Origin: a virus
IMG/VR virus record: IMGVR_UViG_3300036828_000247
Span: 3,961-67,960 of that record
Length of the DNA: 64,000 nt
Strand: one strand, 5' to 3'
Below are positions 26,863 through 35,747 of the stretch, in pieces. The position numbers were made by a program, and so were the translations under genes. Position 1 is the first letter of the stretch. Each line of letters opens with the position of its first letter. The notes below the pieces were generated by a model. The model had not been told where the DNA came from. It made no database searches and was given only the letters and a program-made list of their open reading frames with translations.

Positions 26863-27429
26863 ATGCCACCAGAGGCACTACACGTTATTGGATTCGATCC
26901 CGGTGGAACAAGCGGGTGGGCCCGGCTGACCGTTCCACGGCTGAGCCTGTACGACGACGAACCGGGCGAGATACTGGAGTGGGACTACGGTGAGATCACG
27001 GGCCCCGAGCCACAGCAGATCATCGAGCTGGCGCGCCTAGTGCGCGGCGTCCAGTCACTGGACTACCGCGTTGGGCCGCTCATCGTCGGCGAGGACTTTG
27101 ACGTTGCTGAGACCGTCACCACCGACGCCGAGGTCCTGTACTCACCTGTCCGCCTCATTGCGATGATCCGCATGACAATGGCGCTGGCGGAGATCCCGAG
27201 CTACACACCGCTGTTTGCCGACGCCGAGCTCATCGTCCAGTCCCGGGGCATGGCCAAGTCCACGGCCACCGATGACCGGCTCAAGGCCTGGGGCCTGTAC
27301 GATGAGCACTCAGGCAAGCACTGCCGTGATGCTACCCGGCATGCCATAACGATGATCCGCAGGTTCGACGGCAGCCCAGAGCTCCTGGATGCCGCGTGGC
27401 CCTACCTTGCAAGGGAGCCGGTCCATTGA
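26863..27429 (+). CDS. RuvC-like Holliday junction resolvase
   Basis: VIGFDPGGTSGWA, VGEDF, HCRDATRHA. Confidence 0.75.
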   Translation: MPPEALHVIGFDPGGTSGWARLTVPRLSLYDDEPGEILEWDYGEITGPEPQQIIELARLVRGVQSLDYRVGPLIVGEDFDVAETVTTDAEVLYSPVRLIAMIRMTMALAEIPSYTPLFADAELIVQSRGMAKSTATDDRLKAWGLYDEHSGKHCRDATRHAITMIRRFDGSPELLDAAWPYLAREPVH

Positions 27430-27722
27430 GAGCCCAGCTCGGCCCGGCCGCACCCGGCTGGATCATCTACCATCTTGTGATGCGGTTCTGCTTCGGCCTC
27501 CGCCCCACGCGGGTACTGCCGATGCCGGAGACCGAAGCTAGGGAACAGTCACGCCGTGGCCAGGTCGTCTGGCAGGATTCCGGACAGGGCTTCTATGTGG
27601 AGGCGTACCTCAGTGAATCGACCAGGTACTGGATGGAGGGGGCTGACGCAGATTACCAGCGGGAAAAGATTAGGGCCGAGGTTGAGGAGACTTTGCGTAG
27701 CTTCCTGAAAGATGGGCTGTGA
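27426..27722 (+). CDS. Hypothetical protein
   Basis: TTGA coupling to the resolvase stop. Confidence 0.4.
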   Translation: MRAQLGPAAPGWIIYHLVMRFCFGLRPTRVLPMPETEAREQSRRGQVVWQDSGQGFYVEAYLSESTRYWMEGADADYQREKIRAEVEETLRSFLKDGL

Positions 27723-27823
27723 CCAGGCGAAACGCACTGCAGCTTCGCAATGGGTAACTGTACCTGGCAGACCACTTATCCCCACACACGCCAATGCAGG
27801 GCCATACAGGAGGTACCACGGAA

Positions 27824-28111
27824 ATGGGCAAGTTCGCAGCGCACTTCTACTTCGCAGCTGAGGCTCACGATGATGAGGAGCCGTTGAGTAAGGCTCTTCT
27901 GGAGATGACACGCGAGAGAGCTACGCGACAGGGCTACCACCCTACCGGCGATGGTGACGCAGTCATCTGGTATGGGATCAGTGACTTCGAGGTCAGGCTG
28001 ATGCCGGAGTCTGGGCTCAACCCGGGAGACTGGCGCGTCCGGGCCGTCGTTGGCGTTGCGGAGGAGGAGGAAATTAACAGCCCAGAAGGTAGCGCAGAAG
28101 CTACAGAGTAG
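27824..28111 (+). CDS. Acidic hypothetical protein
   Basis: AGGAGG RBS. Confidence 0.55.
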   Translation: MGKFAAHFYFAAEAHDDEEPLSKALLEMTRERATRQGYHPTGDGDAVIWYGISDFEVRLMPESGLNPGDWRVRAVVGVAEEEEINSPEGSAEATE

Positions 28112-28125
28112 GGTAGGGTTGCGGT

Positions 28126-28737
28126 ATGAATGAATATACGGTGAAGGTCCCGGGCTCGTGGGCTCTGGGTACGGTAGCGGTTGACTTCGAAACGGTGAAG
28201 GTGCCGGCCCCGGCTGGCTTCCGAATGAGGAATGGTGAGCCCCTCCGGCGTCGCTGGTCTATCGTGATGGCCGGTATCGGTCGGCGCGGTGAGATCGTGA
28301 TGCTTGACCGGGACGGTGATCCTGAGGCTGAGTTCCTAGCCTCGGTCGGTGCTGGGTTCGGGTTCGCTACGTCGGTGATCTACGCTGCTACCCGTGAGTT
28401 TGATGAAATGATCGCTCGCGGCCGGTTTACGAACGCGCGCCGTGCCCATGAGCTAGTTCCGTTCTTCCCGGCCGTCCCTGGGGCCGAGTCCCTGCCGTGG
28501 CGTAACGTCGGCGTGCTGCCGAGCTACCGTGACGCTGACTACGTTCGTGCGGCTGACGTTGAGAGCGCGATTCTCGCCCGGGGCTGGTCTGCCGATGGTA
28601 TCGGCGTCGTCCTGATTCATCTTATGCGTGACGTCGCTGAGCTGATCCTGATGGCTGATCCTGACCTTAAGTGCCGCGCCTGGTGCCTGCGGGTGCTCGC
28701 TGACTCCGCCTTCGCTGCTGCGGCGCTGACGTCGTGA
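28126..28737 (+). CDS. Hypothetical protein, possibly RNase H/DnaQ-like fold; leaderless
   Basis: VAVDFET resembles the ExoI motif; TAGCGC-N18-TAGGGT promoter with ATG 6 nt later. Confidence 0.55.
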   Translation: MNEYTVKVPGSWALGTVAVDFETVKVPAPAGFRMRNGEPLRRRWSIVMAGIGRRGEIVMLDRDGDPEAEFLASVGAGFGFATSVIYAATREFDEMIARGRFTNARRAHELVPFFPAVPGAESLPWRNVGVLPSYRDADYVRAADVESAILARGWSADGIGVVLIHLMRDVAELILMADPDLKCRAWCLRVLADSAFAAAALTS

Positions 28738-28937
28738 GCTGCGTCGTGATCGTGACCGGCCAGATTGAGGAGAAGCCTGCGGGCTCGTTCCTCCTGGCCG
28801 TGACCACGGCCCATCAGGGTGACGAGTGGACCACTCCCCAGAGCAAGCTGGACGCCACCACGTGGGATGAGGCTAGGGCCGAGGCCCAGCTTGTGCTGGC
28901 CCGCTACGAGGCTGCGATCCTCGGTGCAGCCGATTAG
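28734..28937 (+). CDS. Small hypothetical protein
   Basis: GTGA coupling. Confidence 0.5.
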   Translation: MSCVVIVTGQIEEKPAGSFLLAVTTAHQGDEWTTPQSKLDATTWDEARAEAQLVLARYEAAILGAAD

Positions 28938-29000
28938 CCATTTCGCGGGAACTGGGGTAAGGTTGGTTCTGTAAGGTTACCGGGCGATGAAGGAGCGGAA

Positions 29001-29162
29001 ATGGCTAAGTACGTGACGATGGGTGCCGGTGGGACTTACGGCTCATCCTTCGAGGCCGAGACCGATGAGGAAGCTACCGCGCTGGCCGAGACGGCCGGGT
29101 ACGAGGTGCTTGACGTTGCCGTCCTGGGCGACGAGAACGAGCTGATCCTGGTGGTGGCGTGA
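29001..29162 (+). CDS. Small acidic protein (53 aa, MAKYVTMGAGGTYGSSFEAETDEEA...)
   Basis: Promoter at 28935, CCGGGCG + AAGGAG RBS; hand-translated. Confidence 0.6.
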   Translation: MAKYVTMGAGGTYGSSFEAETDEEATALAETAGYEVLDVAVLGDENELILVVA

Positions 29163-29392
29163 TGGCTAAGATCAGTGCGCGAGGCGCAAAGGAAGTGGCT
29201 CGGTTCCAGACTACCCACCCCGAGAGCGACGTAAAGACAACTCTTGTGCTGACCAGTGACCGGCGTGTCCTGCGTAAGTGGGACGGCCTGAGCGGGTACT
29301 CCGTGCTCTGCCGGGTGAAGGTCCTGGACGTCGGCAACCCCCAGGCTCAGCTGGAGCGTGTGGCGGCTCGGTTCGGCTACGTGAACGAGTAG
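29162..29392 (+). CDS. Small hypothetical protein
   Basis: TGATG coupling; LTSDRRVLRK. Confidence 0.6.
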   Translation: MAKISARGAKEVARFQTTHPESDVKTTLVLTSDRRVLRKWDGLSGYSVLCRVKVLDVGNPQAQLERVAARFGYVNE

Positions 29393-29451
29393 CCACCACG
29401 CATTATCTGTAGTAAGGTTGACGAGTAAGTACCGGGCGAAGGAGAAGGACG

Positions 29452-30672
29452 ATGGAATCAGAGACGATGACGCCGGAGGCTAAGGCCGAGGCCAGGGCAA
29501 AGAAGCTCCACAAGACGATGGAGCGGGTGCGGAAGCTGATCGCGATGGCCGAGGCCGAGATCAGCCCGAGCGCTACCCCCGAGGAACGCGCTGCTACCGA
29601 GGTCGAGCAGAACCGAGCGCGCCAGCAGGCCGATGCGCTGATGCTGGAGAACGCAATCGAAGAGGCCATGGTGAACGACGCCATGCCTGCGTCCCAGCGC
29701 AGCAAGCCGGGGATCCTGGACGTTGCCATCGCGGGTGGCGACACTGACGTGGTCGGCTGGATCGGCTCGCTAGCGACGAACGTTGCGCGGCACTGCCGCT
29801 GTATCATCAAGCTGTACTCCGGCTTCCAGGACGGCCAGTGGATGGCGAGGGTCTACGGGCACGAGGGTGACCTGGCTTACTTCGAGGTCCTGTACACGAC
29901 CGTCCGGCTCCACATGGTTGGCGCGCTGCGGCCCGAGGTTAGGCTGAGCGAGTCGCTGGAGGACAACGCCTACCGGCTGCATAACGCTGGCTACAACTGG
30001 TTCGAGATCGCCCGCATGTACGGCTGGGTGAAGTTCAAGGACCTGCCGTATGGCCGGCGGGAAGAGCTCCGCGAGCGCTGGAACTGGGTCCGCGATTACA
30101 CCGGGAAGAACGATCTGTACTACAACAAGCGCGAGGACCGGGTGGAGCCGAGCCAGAAGGTTGGCGACCCGATCAAGCGTGCCTACGAGCGGGTGATCAA
30201 GGGCCGTGGCGAGCCCTTCCTGAAGATCAGCGCATCCGGCAGCAAGACCTACCGGCGCTCGGCCGCGCGTGGCTACTCAACCCGGCTGTCCCAGCGCCTG
30301 CGGGAAGCGGAGCGCGGCCGGCAGACCGGTGGGGCCGAGGTCCTCCTGGCCAGCGCGGCCCAGGACCTGAACGACTTCTTCCGGGAGGACAACGAGCACG
30401 CCTACTCCCGCTGCCCGCGCTGCCACAAGCTGAGCAGCGACCCGTACACCTGCGAGTTCTGCGGCCAGTTCATCAAGGACAAGCCCGAGGAATGCCCGCG
30501 CTGCGCCAAGAACCCGAGCGGCACCTGCCGTGATCACCCGATGGGGCGGAGCGGCCGGTACAAGGAGGAGCCATTTGACCAGCGCGCGTACCAGGCTGGC
30601 GTGGCCCACGCGAACACGGCCGACCTGGGCACCCAGAACCGTGCCCCCTCGGGCTCCCGCAAGGAAATCTAG
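29452..30672 (+). CDS. DUF2786-like protein with C-terminal Zn ribbons
   Basis: MERVRKLIAMAE...ARQQADALMLENAI; AYQAGVAHANTADLG. Confidence 0.7.
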   Translation: MESETMTPEAKAEARAKKLHKTMERVRKLIAMAEAEISPSATPEERAATEVEQNRARQQADALMLENAIEEAMVNDAMPASQRSKPGILDVAIAGGDTDVVGWIGSLATNVARHCRCIIKLYSGFQDGQWMARVYGHEGDLAYFEVLYTTVRLHMVGALRPEVRLSESLEDNAYRLHNAGYNWFEIARMYGWVKFKDLPYGRREELRERWNWVRDYTGKNDLYYNKREDRVEPSQKVGDPIKRAYERVIKGRGEPFLKISASGSKTYRRSAARGYSTRLSQRLREAERGRQTGGAEVLLASAAQDLNDFFREDNEHAYSRCPRCHKLSSDPYTCEFCGQFIKDKPEECPRCAKNPSGTCRDHPMGRSGRYKEEPFDQRAYQAGVAHANTADLGTQNRAPSGSRKEI

Positions 30673-30709
30673 TAAGGCCCACCCCGGGCGATAACAGGAA
30701 AGAAAGGTA

Positions 30710-31006
30710 TTGCTCATGAACCCATACACCAGCCTTGCGCTCGATGCCTTCAGGAAGTTTGAGGCTGCTAAGCGGCGCGCGGACAAGGCCGAGGCCGGGC
30801 TGACCGAAGCGATGCTGCGCGTGCCAGAAGAGGATCGCACACTCTACGTCATATACACCGAGATCATGCGCTTCGAGCAGGACCGCAAGGACAGCGCGGC
30901 TGCGCATGACGACGAGGGTGTGCAGGCAGCCGAAGCACTTTTGACCGATTACCGCAGGGCCCTCAAGGACCTTGAGGCGGAAACCACCATCAAGGAGAAG
31001 CTGTGA
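30710..31006 (+). CDS. Hypothetical helical protein
   Basis: CCGGGCG motif + GAAAGG RBS. Confidence 0.55.
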   Translation: MLMNPYTSLALDAFRKFEAAKRRADKAEAGLTEAMLRVPEEDRTLYVIYTEIMRFEQDRKDSAAAHDDEGVQAAEALLTDYRRALKDLEAETTIKEKL

Positions 31007-31497
31007 AGAAGATCATTCCGGTTGCTGCGACCCTAGGTGCCCTGACAGCCGTCGTAATTGGTTGCGGTAGCAGTACCCCGGCCGCCAACGAGAGCAGGGC
31101 ACAGCCCGCTACAGCCGCGCCAGCCCCCAGCGCCGCACCGACCGCTAACCCGGACGGCAGCTGGTCCGCTAGCTGCGACACGAGCCTGGGCGCTGGCATC
31201 AACGATGCCAACTACCTGACCGGCGAGGTTGACCTGGTTAACACTGGCAACGTCGGCACGGTCGTGCGGGTCCGGTTTGCCTGGAAGCAGGAGGCCTACC
31301 CCAGCATCGTGCTGTTCAAGACCGTGCGGACTCACCCGGGTCAGCACTACGTCGTGCGGTTCCACTACAACGCCGGAACCTTCGCCACGAGCACGGCCCC
31401 TCTGGACAGGGACCAATCGTGGCAGGAGAACCACGGCTTCCGTATGCCGTGCTCTGCGAGCGCCACGATCATGCGCTCGTTCGGCCCGGCCCAGTAA
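31003..31497 (+). CDS. Putative lipoprotein
   Basis: MKK + hydrophobic core + VIGC lipobox-like; Ala/Pro linker. Confidence 0.65.
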   Translation: MKKIIPVAATLGALTAVVIGCGSSTPAANESRAQPATAAPAPSAAPTANPDGSWSASCDTSLGAGINDANYLTGEVDLVNTGNVGTVVRVRFAWKQEAYPSIVLFKTVRTHPGQHYVVRFHYNAGTFATSTAPLDRDQSWQENHGFRMPCSASATIMRSFGPAQ

Positions 31498-31506
31498 GGA
31501 GGAGCC

Positions 31507-31755
31507 ATGCCAGTATTCCGCGCGACGATCGGCCCGAAGGCCGAGGCCGCAGCACTCGGGCAACACGACGCATTCATCCACGGTGAGCTGACGTTCCGTG
31601 CAGCCACGACGGAGGACGCCCAGACCACGCTGCGCTACCTCACCAACTTCATGTCCCCCGGCAACCTCTGGTTCCGGGTGGAGGAAGTCCCGGAGGCCGA
31701 GGCGCATGGCCCCGAGGTGCCCCTAGGCGGCACGGAGCCAGGCACGCTAGGGTAG
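31507..31755 (+). CDS. Hypothetical protein
   Basis: AAGGAGGAG RBS. Confidence 0.55.
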   Translation: MPVFRATIGPKAEAAALGQHDAFIHGELTFRAATTEDAQTTLRYLTNFMSPGNLWFRVEEVPEAEAHGPEVPLGGTEPGTLG

Positions 31756-31829
31756 GTGAACCACCGCTAGCCCAGCACCACACAGACCACCTGAGGGCCG
31801 TCCGTGCCCCAGGGGAGAAGGAGAAGCAC

Positions 31830-32513
31830 ATGTTCAGTTTCACCAAGGCAGGCCTGGTCGGCCTGGTCGGCTCCGGAGCACTGGCCGCAGCCCTCGTCGG
31901 CGCTGCCAGCCCGGCCGGAGCTTCCACTCACCCGGTCAGCCCGAAGGACGCGACACTGTCGTGCCAGACCGACCCGAACTGCTTCGAGCCCGTGGTCGCG
32001 GTCAGCCAGACCAGCGGCACGGACTTCACCCCGCCCAACGACGCTGCCCTCTCGGTCGTCGGGAGCCAGCTCTGGACCCGGACCCGCAACAGCCTGCAGG
32101 ACGGGACGCAGGACTTCGGCAACATCAGCGTCGGGACGGTCCCGTCATCCGGGCCCGGCGACTACGGATTCACCGCGTTCGACAACTCGCACTACGCGGG
32201 CGACCAGCTCGTGCAGATCACGTCAAGGCCGTTTGCCCAGGACACGGGCAACTGCGGCAACATCACCAAGACGACCCACCTGGGCGTCGTCCAGCCGTGC
32301 GGCACGGGCCTGGGTCAGGTGTTCATCCTGGCACCGACCGCGCCTGGCCTCACCAGCCCGCCCAGCGGGTACCACTTCATGATCAGCGTCCGGCACGCCA
32401 ACAACCTGCAGCGCCACCTCCTGGTGACCGCACAGCAGGACGGCTCGGGCCAGATCTCCGCCATCAACGGCCACAGTGGCCTGCACGAGCAGATGTGGAG
32501 CCAGCTCCCCTAG
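31830..32513 (+). CDS. Secreted protein, possibly ricin-type beta-trefoil
   Basis: Signal peptide ending AGA-S; VVQPCGTG...QVF and terminal QMW. Confidence 0.6.
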   Translation: MFSFTKAGLVGLVGSGALAAALVGAASPAGASTHPVSPKDATLSCQTDPNCFEPVVAVSQTSGTDFTPPNDAALSVVGSQLWTRTRNSLQDGTQDFGNISVGTVPSSGPGDYGFTAFDNSHYAGDQLVQITSRPFAQDTGNCGNITKTTHLGVVQPCGTGLGQVFILAPTAPGLTSPPSGYHFMISVRHANNLQRHLLVTAQQDGSGQISAINGHSGLHEQMWSQLP

Positions 32514-32597
32514 TGCCGCACCCGTAGGCACGCATCCGTAGCACAACACCACACAGGACACCTGGGGGCCGTGTGGCCCCCGGGTGGAAGGAGACGC

Positions 32598-32975
32598 ATG
32601 ATCGGCAAGATCCTCGCGGCCGCAGGAATGACCGCAGCGCTGGCCCTGCCGGTGGCGGCCACAACGGCCGCATCAGCTTCGGCCGCGCACCCCGCGCACC
32701 GCTCGTGCAACATTAGCTGGAAGCACCGGGTCGTCACGGGGTTCGGCGGGAACGTCCAGTCCTGGGTGGACGCGATGAGCCCGCAGGGCTGCGGCACAAT
32801 CCACAGCAAGGCGCTGTGCCGTAACCGGACCGGTGGCGTCACGGAGTACGGCCAGAACATCACGGCCGCGCAGGGTGGCACGTCGGTCGCCCAGTGCCCG
32901 GCCGCGTACTCCCTCGCGACCGGGTGGGTGGTGGTGAACAACGGCACATCCACCGCGCACAAGATTTACCCCTGA
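32598..32975 (+). CDS. Secreted small disulfide protein
   Basis: Signal peptide ending ASA; four Cys. Confidence 0.6.
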   Translation: MIGKILAAAGMTAALALPVAATTAASASAAHPAHRSCNISWKHRVVTGFGGNVQSWVDAMSPQGCGTIHSKALCRNRTGGVTEYGQNITAAQGGTSVAQCPAAYSLATGWVVVNNGTSTAHKIYP

Positions 32976-33017
32976 CCGCAAGCAGGCAAGCCAATGCTGA
33001 TACCAGAGAGGTACGAA

Positions 33018-33335
33018 ATGAACTGGTCACCGCAGAACATGACCGCTACCGGCCGCATCGTCTTCTGTGGCGGCACGGCACCGAGCAACTGCCCCGCGCT
33101 GCGGGTGCTCGACCGTGACGGCCACGTCGTGCCCGAGGACGCCCCGCTGCCCGACGACCCCCGCATCGGCCTGTCCCTGGCCGGGGACGAGGGGCCGGCC
33201 ACCGAGCTGGTCATGCCGCCGCACGAGATCGTGCAGCTCGTGTCCGCTTACGAGAAGGGCCTGACGCCGCAGCTGATGGCCGCCATCGGGATCGACATGC
33301 GCCGCCTGGAGCGCGGCGACTACAACGGCACGTAA
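33018..33335 (+). CDS. Hypothetical protein
   Basis: GAGAGG RBS; CGGTAPSNCPAL. Confidence 0.55.
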   Translation: MNWSPQNMTATGRIVFCGGTAPSNCPALRVLDRDGHVVPEDAPLPDDPRIGLSLAGDEGPATELVMPPHEIVQLVSAYEKGLTPQLMAAIGIDMRRLERGDYNGT

Positions 33336-33391
33336 CTGACCAGGCCTTATCCTGGGCTGCAAAAGTTCCTTACTGAAATCCCCAGAATGGG

Positions 33392-33420
33392 TAGCGCCAG
33401 CGTCCGGGGTAGGGTATACT
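33392..33420 (+). promoter_or_regulatory. Phage promoter TAGCGC-N17-TATACT driving a non-coding region
   Basis: Family motif with upstream AAAAGTTC A-tract. Confidence 0.7.
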
Positions 33421-33426
33421 GGTAGT

Positions 33427-34025
33427 TGTAGGGCCGAGGGGGTGGGCTACCCCGGAAAACTGAATAGCGGTTAGGGGCCGGTAATCAGGGTCGGGCGTTA
33501 AATCCACTGGTTGCCCGGAGGCCGGTCCCGAGGGCGGTGGGTCGCCAGTGTTCCCCAAATCCGGGTTGCTCCCGGGCGGGTTCCGTTGCTGGTGCCAGGC
33601 GATTAGGTCGTGGCCCACCCTCCTCTCCCCCGTGACCGGGGTAGGTAGGAACCAGACGGAAAAGACCGTCATCATGGTAACGCCAGGCCTTAGAGGCTGG
33701 CGGTCCCCGCGAGGGGATTGGGACGCCCAGCTACGGCCCCGGTCATGTTTGGCTGGTTAGCTCAGGAGGAACGATGCCTCCTGCTACGCCAGGGTATCCG
33801 GGAGGACCCTGGGGCGCCAGTTCGTGGGGCTCCGTGTCTAGAATCGCAGGACGGTGCCGGCCGAGGCCGGGCAACGCTGATCTGGGCGCTACACGGAGCC
33901 CCACCCCCTAAGCTCCCGGCCCGGCAAATGTCCTGTCACAGGCTCTGCCGGTAACCGGGGTGGCTGGCGCCATCCTCAACGAGTACCCGCGTTAACTCCG
34001 GGGAAGGGCGAGGGTGGCGCCAGAC
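33427..34025 (+). ncRNA. Candidate large (~600 nt) structured non-coding RNA
   Basis: No credible ORF; more than 10 nested stems including two 14-bp helices and GNRA loops; dedicated promoter. Confidence 0.65.
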
Positions 34026-34045
34026 TGCTATCCCAGGAGGAGCAG

Positions 34046-34291
34046 TTGAGCGAGAGCGAGTGGCGTGCGGTGCCTCCGGGCGGAGCCGAGATGGCCCGCC
34101 TGGAGATTCTGCATCAGCGCTCGGTACACTTCTGGCGCCTCGCCTACTCTGAGTGGCTGACTGTGGCTGTGGGCCTGGGGATGGGCATGTGGCCCGACGA
34201 GTCCGACGCCGAGCGAGCCACGGCCGCTATCCGCGTGGCCATGCAGGCCCAGGACGACTGGTACGACGCCATCGGCGAGACCAGTCTCTAA
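34046..34291 (+). CDS. Hypothetical protein
   Basis: AGGAGG RBS, TTG start. Confidence 0.5.
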   Translation: MSESEWRAVPPGGAEMARLEILHQRSVHFWRLAYSEWLTVAVGLGMGMWPDESDAERATAAIRVAMQAQDDWYDAIGETSL

Positions 34292-34362
34292 ACCGGGTAG
34301 CGCTTACGCCTAGGCGTAAGGTATAGTCAGTTACGTAAGAACCGGGCGAACGAGGAGTTACC

Positions 34363-34797
34363 GTGATCAACTGCCGGAACGGTGGAAAGATCCACCAGCA
34401 CGAGACAGTCACCGAAGTCAAGACCTGCTATAGCGTCCCTCGGGGAGCAACCCAGCGCGCTACCCGTTCTGCTGCCATGCCGGATGTGCCTGCTGGTTAC
34501 TACGCCACCCCCAGCCTCACCGGCAACAATGACCTGGACTTCTGGAAGGTCGACAGGCCGACCGAGGGCCGGTGGGCTGGGCGTACGTTCGTGAAGCGAG
34601 TCATCGGCGGGAAGCCGAACGTCGCAGTGCGCGGCGCGACCGCTAGTTCGGCCCTAGCGGCAATCCTGAAGGCCGACCCGGCGAAGGCAGCTCAGCGGTA
34701 TGGCCAGGAGATCGGCCGCTGCTCCCGCTGTAACCGTCACCTCACCGACGAGACCTCCCGCGCGGCCGGTATGGGCCCCGAGTGCCGGAGTAAGTGA
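34363..34797 (+). CDS. DUF6011-like Zn-binding protein
   Basis: IGRCSRCNRHLTDETSRAAGMGPEC; promoter at 34298 + CCGGGCGAA. Confidence 0.7.
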   Translation: MINCRNGGKIHQHETVTEVKTCYSVPRGATQRATRSAAMPDVPAGYYATPSLTGNNDLDFWKVDRPTEGRWAGRTFVKRVIGGKPNVAVRGATASSALAAILKADPAKAAQRYGQEIGRCSRCNRHLTDETSRAAGMGPECRSK

Positions 34798-34989
34798 TGA
34801 ACTGGGCGCAGTGGGGCGAGCAAATGGGATTCGTAGTCCTTGGCTGGGCTATCGTGATGGTCATTATTTACGTGACATGGAGGCGGATCAAGTGAGCTAC
34901 CAGGAGATGTGCCTCGTGGCCTACTATGACGCGTTCCGGCGCGCGGTGACCGCCGCGCTCCTGATCCTGATGAGCATGGGAGTTATCTG

Positions 34990-35307
34990 ATGCCGGCTGA
35001 CCTTGAGCACCTCTCGCTGAAGTGCCGCCTGTACCGCGATCGGGAGATGGCGCACCAGCCGTGCTCCGGTAGCTGTGACCGTTCCCACGGCACGCCTGGG
35101 ATCTTCTGCGACCAGCCCTGTCAGTGCGGATGTCACGGGGCCGCCCAGGAGCCCGAAGGTGCCTGGCAGTGCAGCGATGGCCACATGTTCCGCTACGAGC
35201 CTCCGCCCGCGTGGCCACCCTTCTGCGCCGTAGCGGGCTGCTTCGCTAGGGGCGAGTTCCGCTGGATCCTCAAGGACGATGTCACCTCAAGAGATTGGAT
35301 CAGGTAA
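34990..35307 (+). CDS. Cys-rich protein
   Basis: CDQPCQCGCH and further CxxC motifs. Confidence 0.5.
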   Translation: MPADLEHLSLKCRLYRDREMAHQPCSGSCDRSHGTPGIFCDQPCQCGCHGAAQEPEGAWQCSDGHMFRYEPPPAWPPFCAVAGCFARGEFRWILKDDVTSRDWIR

Positions 35308-35476
35308 TGCCTACGTTGCGCGGCCGGGGATCAGCCAAGTGGGGCCAACCAGAGGAGTAGCAAGATGGGTAGGAATGACAAGACCGAAAAGCGTAGTTGC
35401 GGATGCATATATGTCGGTTCCGTACTTATCGCCTCGTGCAGGAGCCACCGTAAGTGATAGGGCAATAGGAGGAAGA

Positions 35477-35650
35477 ATGCTAATCGTAATTCTTCAGTTT
35501 CAGGATGATGAGGACCGCACCCCCGAAGTCATCGGCCCGTTCGATGACGAGGCGAAGCGGGGGGCCTGGGTGGAGGAAGTCAGGCACCAGATGCCGTGGA
35601 CTTGGTTCATCATGACCAAGACGTCCGATCCCTGGGAGCCGCAGCGATGA
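35477..35650 (+). CDS. Small hypothetical protein
   Basis: AGGAGG RBS; VIGPFDDEAKR. Confidence 0.55.
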   Translation: MLIVILQFQDDEDRTPEVIGPFDDEAKRGAWVEEVRHQMPWTWFIMTKTSDPWEPQR

Positions 35651-35747
35651 AAATGCCTGACCGACTATGCTTCCGCTGCCGTAAACACTGGGGCAAGCGC
35701 CTCCACTGGTGCATCCGGCTGGCCTGCGACTGCCCTTGCCGAGGCCG

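Noticed and set aside
33427-34025. Group I/II intron, RNase P, tmRNA or SRP identity; ORFs 33370-33675, 33548-33760 and 33718-33954
   Set aside because: No interrupted gene, no P7 or domain V, no GAGGAAAGTCC or tRNA-like ends; the ORFs lack RBSs and protein-like composition.
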